The position numbers and the translations under genes are program-made. A stretch of DNA of 64,000 nt from Planctomycetota bacterium (GTDB lineage Bacteria > Planctomycetota > PLA2 > JAEUHO01): positions 736,001 to 800,000 of the forward strand of contig CBDCTJ010000007.1 of the NCBI GenBank assembly GCA_965222115.1, written 5' to 3'. Below the pieces are notes generated by a model. The model was given only the letters and a program-made list of their open reading frames with translations. It had not been told where the DNA came from and made no database searches. Within the stretch, counting starts at the first letter, position 1. Every line of letters begins with the position of its first letter. Below are positions 21,901-29,827 of this stretch, one piece after another.

Positions 21901-22485
21901 CGATTGCGACAGCGTGTCCAATCGCTGGCCGCGTCGTCCTCGGTAGTCATGCTTGCCGTGGGTGCGCAACTTGAGTGCGCAGTGGCATACGCCAATGACG
22001 AGGAGTGGGACAATGTGGGAGAGCGAAGTGACCACGCAGCGCAGTTACTCCCAGAAGGTGCGCCGCCGTTTTGGCGTTGTCGCGTAGCGATGTTTCAAGG
22101 GCGCGCGGCGTTTCATACGGGCGATACGACGCTCGCACGTTCCCATTTGCAAAGCGCTTGGGCAATTGGCCGAGACGTCACGACGCAAGTGGGTGTTGGC
22201 ATGATGGCCGGTGCCTATCTCGCCCTCCTGGAACCCGCGTGTGTCGAGGCCGTTGAGGCGCGCCACGTGGAGTGGGAGTCGCTACTCGATGTTCCGCGTC
22301 AGATCGAAGTTTTTTGGTTGCGCGCGTCCCGGACCGGCAACGAGAGACACTGGCGTGCATGTGAGGACCTACGCGCAGCCATCCGACGTTCGCTTTCAGA
22401 CCAAGAACGAAGCGCGTTGGACGAAGGTAACTGGCTCCACCGTCGCATTGCATCGCGCACGGCGGCGCGCGCGTTAGGGAAGTAG
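18913..22485 (+). CDS. Ser/Thr protein kinase with AAA-type ATPase and TPR-like domains
   Basis: LGAGGMGSV, VAIK, HRDVKPEN and DLG; FVGRDDE plus degenerate P-loop GEEGVGRT; WMDDLD; helical-repeat C-terminus. Confidence 0.9.
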   Translation: MNTRVGNYELGDELGAGGMGSVFRATRVGTGDEVAIKLLRVPSSSRDEAIARFQREIDVGRQVQHAGVVWTIDAGEATVGGETMHYLVMPFVPGKTLRAVLDASGALSEGIYRHMALHLADALAALHSAGIVHRDVKPENIMVTPDDRVVLTDLGIARSINAPSEMSRTGQFVGSLAYAPPEAFEEDATPTPVFDVWALGVVLYEMATGAHPFSRESMEGTLRAVLHEQSAPLSTHGVDEAPFIEALMRRCLDKNAARRPQDGRAVFELLRSGEGSAWWRRMARDVKMLQPWQSTLDVELPFVGRDDERALIRSAAHDRRGQIVLVRGEEGVGRTRLVHEALRDISSVVIGYVRATSRDASSWLSRVLRAHRGDDEMETLVAQHLGTGPVADACRDALIHADATHWHAADRGSLMSVLLTGLRELARTKRLVLWMDDLDGLAPSAGGELVELARAVETLPALLILTGSRTKDDALAAIVDIDYMRVVDLLPLTERGVWSLLRTRFGHDHIADDLANVVHARTGGMPAMIASMVERLESDGYVRKDRKGAWSITRSRHDIGRLPIPTSARDVWKNRVRRLSSDDREVLDVAACMSDPIRPKIVSAVLGQRTLETLRRLTRLERDHRLIHHEGANFVFIGPLAKEIVRDDMPESLRVAYHAALAQALESEDTEEAGIGGKRALERCEQWMQAGRLDKALRYALSGTRYLFGCGEPERTADLRRAFLESDDALDLATISALALPWSHQCLEAGIEPDVSLLVPWLARANEAGNDRALGFLHCAMGVALSRSKRMSEAAQHFRIAREIAAQLDDDELAARSVSTHAQMCVHTNEFDLGLSLLREHERIMERFPPERDGRAINLISQSALLSSRGRFEESLPLAEAALESAREYGLVKIEAEALRVLGAIYDRHARWDEAVIVTKRALALARRGRARHNIMTSHANLSEFLLSLGQYGAAWTHMRSALDVQRDVGDPRPALLFHVMALRLATSMGNRAESRRLRQRVQSLAASSSVVMLAVGAQLECAVAYANDEEWDNVGERSDHAAQLLPEGAPPFWRCRVAMFQGRAAFHTGDTTLARSHLQSAWAIGRDVTTQVGVGMMAGAYLALLEPACVEAVEARHVEWESLLDVPRQIEVFWLRASRTGNERHWRACEDLRAAIRRSLSDQERSALDEGNWLHRRIASRTAARALGK

Positions 22486-23187
22486 CGGCCCGAGTTCTTG
22501 AACGAGTTCTGCAAATTCCGTTTCGCTTCGAACCAAGCCTTTTAGCTCCTCGGCCAAGTGCACCGAAAAGGCGCGACGGGCGCGAAATCGAAGTACGGCC
22601 ATCTGCGACTCGGCCCGACCGAGTCGTGCGGCGATGTCGGGACTGCCTTCGCCTCGGGTACGAATGAGATCGCGCACAATCTCGGCGTATTCGGCCCTTT
22701 GTTGTTGGAGCAGTTCCAACGCACGTTCGATGGCGATGCCAACGACGGTGTCGTCAAATGCCGCGTTGGCCGGATCCATGGCGCGCCCACGAATGCCTCG
22801 CAACACTTCAGGGCTCTCCAGTCCGGGCGGTTTGCGTCTCTTGGCGGTGGCCTGATCCACGTAGTCACACGCGCGCCGAAAGAGCTGCGCCTTGAGGTAC
22901 CGGCGAAACGAACGAATCTCACCTGCGTTTCTGCTGAGCCACTCTTTGTCCAAGCACTGCGTCAAGTAATCGTGTACCAGATCCGCCGCTTCGTTTTCGG
23001 CCACATGGCGTCCCAGCATGCCGCGCAGCAGGGCATGAGCATAGCGCCGCATGGCGGGCTCATAGGTTTCGTAGAGATAGCGCCAGCGTTCCTCGTACTC
23101 GGGGTGATCCGGCGACGGGGGCGGCGGCAGCATGGTCCAGCGCGTCTCGATCGTCAGCAGATTCGTTGCGCTACAGACCTGACCCAT
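22474..23187 (-). CDS. ECF-type sigma-70 factor (kinase-associated type)
   Basis: TRWT N-terminal motif, LYETYEP, EAADLVHDYL, SFRRYL and a C-terminal HTH (IAARLG....VLRFRARR). Confidence 0.75.
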   Translation of the reverse strand: MGQVCSATNLLTIETRWTMLPPPPSPDHPEYEERWRYLYETYEPAMRRYAHALLRGMLGRHVAENEAADLVHDYLTQCLDKEWLSRNAGEIRSFRRYLKAQLFRRACDYVDQATAKRRKPPGLESPEVLRGIRGRAMDPANAAFDDTVVGIAIERALELLQQQRAEYAEIVRDLIRTRGEGSPDIAARLGRAESQMAVLRFRARRAFSVHLAEELKGLVRSETEFAELVQELGPLLP

Positions 23188-23295
23188 GGCGCCATCGTAG
23201 GCAATTTTGGATTTCTCGGAAACAGTCGCGGTTTTTCGAAATCGAGCGTGCTCGTTGCCTACCTAGCAGGGTGAACCCCCACAGGAGTCCCCCGA

Positions 23296-23931
23296 ATGTT
23301 TGCTACATGCCGCACCCTACTCGTCGTCTCGATCGTCTCGCTGTCTCTCGCCGCTTGCGGTGGCGGAGGCGGAGGTGGCGGCGATGACGGTAACACCGCC
23401 CCCACGCTGCTCAGCCGCACCCTCACGGCGAACCCCACACTGACCGGATGGGTCAACGAGTCGCTGGCCGTGCCCGTGGCATCGCTTGCCGCACCCTACG
23501 TTGAAACGGGCTTCTTCGGTACCTCAGTCATCAAGTCGATCATCACCTTCAATCTTCCAAGCGACATCGATCCCGCCACAATTCAATCGGCGTCACTCTT
23601 TGTCAATCAGATCCCACCCACGGGTATGCCGTATGCGAAGTACGGACCCATGAGATGGCAGTTGGTAGACGTCGGTGCGGCGCTCGACCTGGCGGACCAT
23701 TCTTCGGGTGCGCTCGTTTCACCCATTCCATCGTTCATCGATGACGAGATGCCGGGTATTCATGAAGTGCCCATGACGGGTGTTGTCGTCAGCCGCATGA
23801 ACGCCAGTGCCACCACGTTTTCCGTAAGAACCTACTTTACGGGCGCGGGCACCAATGGCCAGATCGACACGGCCAAGCTTGATTGGAATGGCGGGCTGGC
23901 GTTTGAGCTGCGTATTGACTACATGCCGTAG
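23296..23931 (+). CDS. Lipoprotein with Gly linker and beta-rich (DNRLRE-like) domain
   Basis: Lipobox LAAC, Gly8 linker, SIITFNLP..IQSASL pattern. Confidence 0.65.
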   Translation: MFATCRTLLVVSIVSLSLAACGGGGGGGGDDGNTAPTLLSRTLTANPTLTGWVNESLAVPVASLAAPYVETGFFGTSVIKSIITFNLPSDIDPATIQSASLFVNQIPPTGMPYAKYGPMRWQLVDVGAALDLADHSSGALVSPIPSFIDDEMPGIHEVPMTGVVVSRMNASATTFSVRTYFTGAGTNGQIDTAKLDWNGGLAFELRIDYMP

Positions 23932-24127
23932 TGGTGGGGCGTTGAGGCATTCGTACTCGGACTCCACCGTACTATGTCCGGTCGGCGCGTTTTCTGTTTG
24001 GGCAGAAACGATGAAAACCGTTGCCGATGAAGACGTACTAAGCGCATTTGCCCATTTGGCGGTTCACATGCGTCCGTGGTCGGCGCGCCACTACGTCCGT
24101 GCGCACCGCAGTGGCGCGGGCCTGCGG

Positions 24128-25474
24128 CTATGCCGTCTTGGGATCGAGCGCGTCACGCAGGGCGTCACCGACGAGGTTGATGCATACAACCGCCAGCACG
24201 ATCAAGAGGCCGGGGATTGTGCAAATCCACCATGCCTGTTCGAGGTAGTCTTTACCGTCGCTAATGATGTTGCCCCAAGACGCATCGGGCGGTTGTACGC
24301 CGAAGCCCAGGAACGACAGCGCGGCTTCTACGAGGATCGTATTACCGACGAGCAGCGTTGCATTGACGATAACAGGCGCGAGTGAGTTCGGTAACAGGTG
24401 GCGAAACATGATGCGGTTACGCCCATAGCCAAATGCTCTGGCTGCATGGGAATAATCCAGTTCCTTGATGCGCAGGAACTCAGCGCGTACCAGTCGTGAC
24501 ACGCCCATCCAACCGGTAGCGCCCAAGATGGCAATCACGGTGAAGATGCCGGCACCTTCGTAGATCGACACGATCAGCAGCAGCAACAGCAGTCGAGGAA
24601 ACGCCAACAGAATGTCGACAAGCCGCATGATGACCGTGTCTACCCAGCCGCCCATGTAGCCCGCGAGGCTGCCAAAGATGACTCCCAGTGTGATTGCCAC
24701 AAACATGGCAACGAAGCCAATAAATAGCGAGATACGCGCGCCATAGAGTAGGCGCGACAAGAGATCGCGCCCACGCGCATCTGTGCCCAGAACGTAGCGC
24801 TCAAACCGTGCTGGCACCTCATGCGTGCCGAGCGCAATCGTTGTGGCCGTGTCTGCGCGTCGATCCCATCCCCTAGGCGGCACACCGAGACGGCGAATCT
24901 CGTAGGCGTCGGGTGTACTTACCTTTTCACCGCGATCCAGTAGCACGTAGTCGCCAACCACGGTCAGATCGCGCGCCGACTCTTCACCCTTTCCTTCTAC
25001 GCCGATAAGGACGACACGCTCTCCGGGAGGGAGCAGCTTGTGGACGATCTCAGGACCCGCGCCCGGCACGCTTTGGCTGTAGGGAGCCAAAACGGGAGCC
25101 AAGATCGCGGCGCTGTACAGCAATCCCAACACCGAAGCTCCCCAAACCGCACGTGGATTTCTTTTGAGCTCACGAAAGGCCAGTTGCCACGTGCCCAATC
25201 CTTCACGTGGTGTCGGGTGTTCGAGTTCGCGAAGGCTCCGGTGGGCGAGCCAAAGCAAGACAAACGGCAACGCGAATAGGAACACGACGCTAGCGACATC
25301 GAGAAACGATCCCTCAGTCACCAATCGACCGAGTCGATTCCATCGGTAGACACACGTGGCCAGCCACAAGAGAAAGAACACGAAGAATCGAATGCCGGGC
25401 ACCACGTGACCGCGGCGAAGGTGCCCGAACCCCGGAGGAATTGACTCGACCCATGACACCGCGGGCTTGTTCAC
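24128..25474 (-). CDS. oppC: Oligopeptide/dipeptide ABC permease (OppC/DppC)
   Basis: LGTDARGRDLLSRLLYGARISL, RHLLPN, EAALSFLG and GDALRDALDP. Confidence 0.93.
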   Translation of the reverse strand: MNKPAVSWVESIPPGFGHLRRGHVVPGIRFFVFFLLWLATCVYRWNRLGRLVTEGSFLDVASVVFLFALPFVLLWLAHRSLRELEHPTPREGLGTWQLAFRELKRNPRAVWGASVLGLLYSAAILAPVLAPYSQSVPGAGPEIVHKLLPPGERVVLIGVEGKGEESARDLTVVGDYVLLDRGEKVSTPDAYEIRRLGVPPRGWDRRADTATTIALGTHEVPARFERYVLGTDARGRDLLSRLLYGARISLFIGFVAMFVAITLGVIFGSLAGYMGGWVDTVIMRLVDILLAFPRLLLLLLIVSIYEGAGIFTVIAILGATGWMGVSRLVRAEFLRIKELDYSHAARAFGYGRNRIMFRHLLPNSLAPVIVNATLLVGNTILVEAALSFLGFGVQPPDASWGNIISDGKDYLEQAWWICTIPGLLIVLAVVCINLVGDALRDALDPKTA

Positions 25475-26928
25475 TTGAGCCTCACGCGTGGATCGGCGAC
25501 GGCATAGAGCACATCAGCAATGAGATTACCAAGCACAACCATGATGGTTGCAAGCAGTGTAATTGCCGTCACTACGGCAACGTCTCGGCCCGTAATGGCA
25601 TCAATTGCCGCGGATCCAATGCCGGGCCACGAGAAGATCTGTTCGGTAATTACTGCGCCTGAAACCAGAAACGGCAGGCTAAGCCCAAAGAGGGTAATGA
25701 TTGGCAACAGCGAGTTTCGCATGACGTGCTTGCGGACCACGGTCTTCTCATCAAGTCCCTTGGCGCGTGCGGTGCGCACATAGTCTTCACCAAGCACTTC
25801 AAGTACCGCGGATCGCTGATAGCGCGCCGTGCCCGCCGCGCCCGCGACGCCCAAGACGAATACCGGCATTGCATAGTGCTTGATAATTGTCAAGAGGGAT
25901 GAACCGTCGGGTGCAAGACCACCGATTGGAAGTATCTGCAGCGAGACCGCAAAGATCAATTGCAGCATGATTGCGAGCCAGAAACCCGGCATGCTGTAGA
26001 GAAAGAACGCGTTGACCATGATCGACGTGTCTAGCACCGTGTCTTTTTTGAGTGCCGAGATCACCCCAAGACCAATACCTATGAGGTAGTTGATTAGTAG
26101 GGCCCAGAATCCAAGTTTGAGTGTGTTCTTTAGTCGAGGCCATAGAAACTCGACGACGGGCTTCTTGTGCATAATCGACGTACCCAGATCGAACGTGGGC
26201 CCACCCAGATCTAGGGTGCCTTCCGGAACGAGAAGGTCGGCGCCGCCCGCTGTGGTGTATCGACCATGGTCGATGGGCATTGGGCCAAACGTGCCTCCAG
26301 CGTTCCGTTTCAACGTAATCGATCCTGCGTTACCGGAGGCGGCCTTCAATTCAATGGCATCGGGTGGCTTGGAAAGCAGTGTCTCTGCGGTAACCGTACC
26401 GTCCCGCGAGTATTGAATGCGCACGCCTGCCGTTTCAAGCGTTACGTCGGCTGCGTACGCAGACAAGCTTCGATAGCCAATCATGTACTTACCGTTCTTG
26501 AGCGGCTTTGTGTCGTATGTGCCGTCCGGTTGTCGTGTCAGGGTGACGGTCGTGGCGCCCTCTTCTTTCCGGGCCGATTCATTGGGTTCAAGCACGAGCG
26601 TGTCCGGTGGCTGCTGCACGGACGCCACGATCTCATTGCCCTGTTTGGTACCGTGCACATCGAACTGGATGCCTCCGCCCTCATAGTCAAGCGCTTTCGG
26701 ATCTGCCCAAAACATCATGCGCATGTGCTTGAAGTAGCGCGCGATGGGATGGAGGTCATACCCCCAGCGTTTCCGTAAGCGCTGAAGGTCGGCCTCCGTA
26801 GTCTTGGCGTTTTCTCCGCCGGTGAATGGGTCGCCCGGCGCGAGGTTGACCGCGATAAACGTAAGCGTGTAGACGCCCCACACAATCAGGATGCCGATCA
26901 AGAGGCGGCGAAGAATGTAGCTCCACAT
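25471..26928 (-). CDS. oppB: Oligopeptide/dipeptide ABC permease (OppB/DppB) with large periplasmic insertion
   Basis: YILRRLL, PGDP, DYVRTARAKGL, EQIFSWPGIG and DPRVR. Confidence 0.93.
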   Translation of the reverse strand: MWSYILRRLLIGILIVWGVYTLTFIAVNLAPGDPFTGGENAKTTEADLQRLRKRWGYDLHPIARYFKHMRMMFWADPKALDYEGGGIQFDVHGTKQGNEIVASVQQPPDTLVLEPNESARKEEGATTVTLTRQPDGTYDTKPLKNGKYMIGYRSLSAYAADVTLETAGVRIQYSRDGTVTAETLLSKPPDAIELKAASGNAGSITLKRNAGGTFGPMPIDHGRYTTAGGADLLVPEGTLDLGGPTFDLGTSIMHKKPVVEFLWPRLKNTLKLGFWALLINYLIGIGLGVISALKKDTVLDTSIMVNAFFLYSMPGFWLAIMLQLIFAVSLQILPIGGLAPDGSSLLTIIKHYAMPVFVLGVAGAAGTARYQRSAVLEVLGEDYVRTARAKGLDEKTVVRKHVMRNSLLPIITLFGLSLPFLVSGAVITEQIFSWPGIGSAAIDAITGRDVAVVTAITLLATIMVVLGNLIADVLYAVADPRVRLK

Positions 26929-26937
26929 GCCAGTCTC

Positions 26938-28776
26938 CTACTTGATCCACCACTCGTGAACGTTGTCGAGGTACTTCAGCGATGTTGCGCGAACGTTGAT
27001 AAATCGTTTGTTGATACCCACCAATCCCCGGGGCTCGTAGATCATCGTGTATGGTTGATTCTCGTGAAGCACGTGCTGAAACGCACGCCAGACACCGCGA
27101 GCTTCTTCCCGAATGGCCGGATTAGAAATGTTCATAGTGCGTCCTCGGTCGATGAGGTCGTCGATATATGGGTCGGTAAAGTTCACATAGTTGTAACGAC
27201 CGTCTACCGATATCGAATGAAACGTTGGCTTGGGATCGATCTTGGTGGCAATATACCAACCGCCCACGTAGGCCTGAAACTCGTGCTTCTTGAGCTTCTG
27301 CGACATCATATTGAAGTCGATGAGCTTGATTTCGACGTCTACGTCGATACGACTTAGATCCGACTGAATACGCTCACAAATTGCTTTTCGGACGTCGTTT
27401 CCACTGTTGGTGTTGAGCACAAACGCGAGCTTGCGATCTTCCGCGTCATACCAGCCGTCACCCTTCTTGTGTGTGAATCCTGCGTCCGCGAGCAGCGCTT
27501 CGGATTTTGACGGGTCGTACGCAAGCGGCTTGACGTCTCGTGCAGACGCCCACATGCTGCGAATAATGAACGGCGCCGCGACTTCGGCGTAACCGTAGAA
27601 CTGTGATTTAACGATGTCCTCGCGATTGATGGCGTGTGTCATTGCGCGTCGCACGCGCGCATCCTTGAACGGAAAGCGCTTGCAGTTCCATCCCGCGTAC
27701 CCGTAGGAACGCGCAACATAAGTCATGAGCCAGAGGTCTTTGTTGTCCAATACTTGGTATGCGAGGTGGGGCTGGACGCCATTCATGACATCGATTTGCC
27801 CCGCACGAAGTGACTTGAGTATCGAACTCTGATTTTGGAATATCTTGAATGTCAACTTGTCGAGATAGGGCTTACCTTTGTCCCAATAGGTCGGATTGGG
27901 TTTGAGCGCAATGACTTCGTCCGCGAGGTGTTTGTCGAGCAGCCATGGGCCACCGCAGGCCTTGGTCGCCAACTCGGCCCAGTTTGCGTAGCCTTGCCAT
28001 TTTCCAAACGGCACCGTGCCAAAGGTGTGTTTCGGGATAATCTGAACATCGTTGATATCCATGATGTTGTAGGGCGAGGACTTGGTGTATTTGACCGTAA
28101 ACTCACGCGGCGAGTGAATCTCAATGTCTTGAATAAAGTCGACGATCGAGGCTCCTACCCACGCGACATCGGGGCTCTTGCCCGCTTGCCAAGAGAACTC
28201 AACATCGCCCGAAGAAATGGGCGTTCCGTCACTCCACGTGCATTCGCGCAACATGAACCGAATCGAGAGGTTGTCTTCGGCAATGGACCAGGACTCGGCG
28301 ATTGCGGGTACGAACGTGGGGACGCCATCAAAGTAGTTGGGTTGCTCCGACATGAGACGAGGAAAGATGAGTTCTTGAATCTCAGATGCGGACGCTGAAC
28401 TTGATAGAAATGGATTGAAATTGTCGATGTCACGCAGAAGTGCCGCGCGAAGTTCACCGCCACGCTTCGGCGCTTCGCCTGCGGGCGCAGGCAAAAATGC
28501 GTATGTTTGCTGCCCGACAATCTTGTCGCCTTCAATCGGACTCGGGTCCCAGAGCCCCGGCATTTGCTCCTCCTCGTCGACACCAAGTTTCAGCGTAGGT
28601 AGTGTGACGTCTTTGGCGTCTACGACACGGATCTCAATCGGATCGCCGCAACCGCCTAGGATGAGAAGAGCGATGCACGCGACTCCGCGCGCGACGCCTG
28701 GAAACAGAGTGGAACCCATAGACGGCCTCCCGATGCCGGGGGCCAAGGGTACCCGCGTGCGCGCGTGGCGCGTCAA
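26938..28776 (-). CDS. oppA: Peptide ABC substrate-binding lipoprotein (family 5, OppA/DppA); start uncertain
   Basis: Lipobox LGGC, AESWS, WSDG.PI...DV.FS and DARVRRAM.HAINR. Confidence 0.9.
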   Translation of the reverse strand: MTRHARTRVPLAPGIGRPSMGSTLFPGVARGVACIALLILGGCGDPIEIRVVDAKDVTLPTLKLGVDEEEQMPGLWDPSPIEGDKIVGQQTYAFLPAPAGEAPKRGGELRAALLRDIDNFNPFLSSSASASEIQELIFPRLMSEQPNYFDGVPTFVPAIAESWSIAEDNLSIRFMLRECTWSDGTPISSGDVEFSWQAGKSPDVAWVGASIVDFIQDIEIHSPREFTVKYTKSSPYNIMDINDVQIIPKHTFGTVPFGKWQGYANWAELATKACGGPWLLDKHLADEVIALKPNPTYWDKGKPYLDKLTFKIFQNQSSILKSLRAGQIDVMNGVQPHLAYQVLDNKDLWLMTYVARSYGYAGWNCKRFPFKDARVRRAMTHAINREDIVKSQFYGYAEVAAPFIIRSMWASARDVKPLAYDPSKSEALLADAGFTHKKGDGWYDAEDRKLAFVLNTNSGNDVRKAICERIQSDLSRIDVDVEIKLIDFNMMSQKLKKHEFQAYVGGWYIATKIDPKPTFHSISVDGRYNYVNFTDPYIDDLIDRGRTMNISNPAIREEARGVWRAFQHVLHENQPYTMIYEPRGLVGINKRFINVRATSLKYLDNVHEWWIK

Positions 28777-28805
28777 ACGGCAAGCGTGTTTGCAGTGTTG
28801 ATTTG

Positions 28806-29243
28806 CTAGGAACTGCGAATGGCGCGCACCGCCGCGTTCACATCTTTGCCGTCTACGGTTGCGCCGGTGCTCTTTAGGCGCTTCATCGCAATGCCCATGG
28901 CCATGCCATCGTTGCCGGCCGCGCGGATCGCCTCGTGATGTTCACGCAGTGCGTCTTGAATCTGCTCGACGCTCAATGTCTGCGGAAGGAAGCGCTCGAG
29001 TACAGCAATCTCTTGCCCGAGGCGTGTCTTCTCTTCGCCGTCCGCTGCGGCGTCGTGCGACTCACCAATGGACTTGACCAACTTGCGAAGGATCTTGATG
29101 ACGGCGTCGTCGCCGAGCGTATCGCCGCCGCGTGCCTCGGCGGTTTGCACTTCGCCCAAGGCAACGCGTAAGATGTTCTTCTCAAGCGCGTTCTTAGCCT
29201 TCATGGCCTGCATCATGTCGGTCTTTAGTTGATCTCGAAGCAT
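28806..29243 (-). CDS. GatB/YqeY domain protein
   Basis: L..DM..AMKA, EIAVLERFLP.TLS and MG.AMK motifs. Confidence 0.9.
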   Translation of the reverse strand: MLRDQLKTDMMQAMKAKNALEKNILRVALGEVQTAEARGGDTLGDDAVIKILRKLVKSIGESHDAAADGEEKTRLGQEIAVLERFLPQTLSVEQIQDALREHHEAIRAAGNDGMAMGIAMKRLKSTGATVDGKDVNAAVRAIRSS

Positions 29244-29264
29244 GGATCGAATCTCTCGTCGCGC

Positions 29265-29819
29265 CTACTTACGGTTCACACCAATGTAGTTGAGCGCGCG
29301 GGATGCATACCCTTGTGACTTGAGACCTACGCGTTTGGCCTCCTCCATGGCTTCATTGGCCTGCAGCCCGCCATCGAGTGCGCGCCAAATCATCCATAGT
29401 GCGCCCACGCGATTGGCAGAACCACAGTGAATGAGCGTGGGCGTGTCGACGTCGGAGAATGCCTTGCGCGTCTCTTCAATGAGCGCGTCGGTCATTTCCT
29501 CCGGCGCACTCCACGGAATCGAGACGTAGTCCATGCCCAGCGACTTCACCAGCTTCGGTTCCCCGAGGTCTTTGATCTCTTGCTCATGGCGCATGTTGAT
29601 GACGCGCTTAATGCCCTGCTCCTTGGCGAGCTTAAAGTCTTCAGCTGAGGGCTGGCCAGCGAGCAGGTACTTCCCGAAGCGATGCACATTGGGCGTTTGT
29701 CCCAACGACGCGTCTTCTAGCTTAAGTCCGCTCGTGTTCAGCGCGGGCGTGGCATCGTCAGCACAAGCCGTCAACATGAGGCCAAGTGCGGCGAGCGAAA
29801 TGAGGGTGGTAGCGGTCAT
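29265..29819 (-). CDS. DUF442/BLH-like phosphatase/sulfur-transferase-fold lipoprotein
   Basis: Lipobox LTAC, AGQPS, VINMR and HCGSANR active-site loop. Confidence 0.8.
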   Translation of the reverse strand: MTATTLISLAALGLMLTACADDATPALNTSGLKLEDASLGQTPNVHRFGKYLLAGQPSAEDFKLAKEQGIKRVINMRHEQEIKDLGEPKLVKSLGMDYVSIPWSAPEEMTDALIEETRKAFSDVDTPTLIHCGSANRVGALWMIWRALDGGLQANEAMEEAKRVGLKSQGYASRALNYIGVNRK

Positions 29820-29827
29820 GGAGATTC

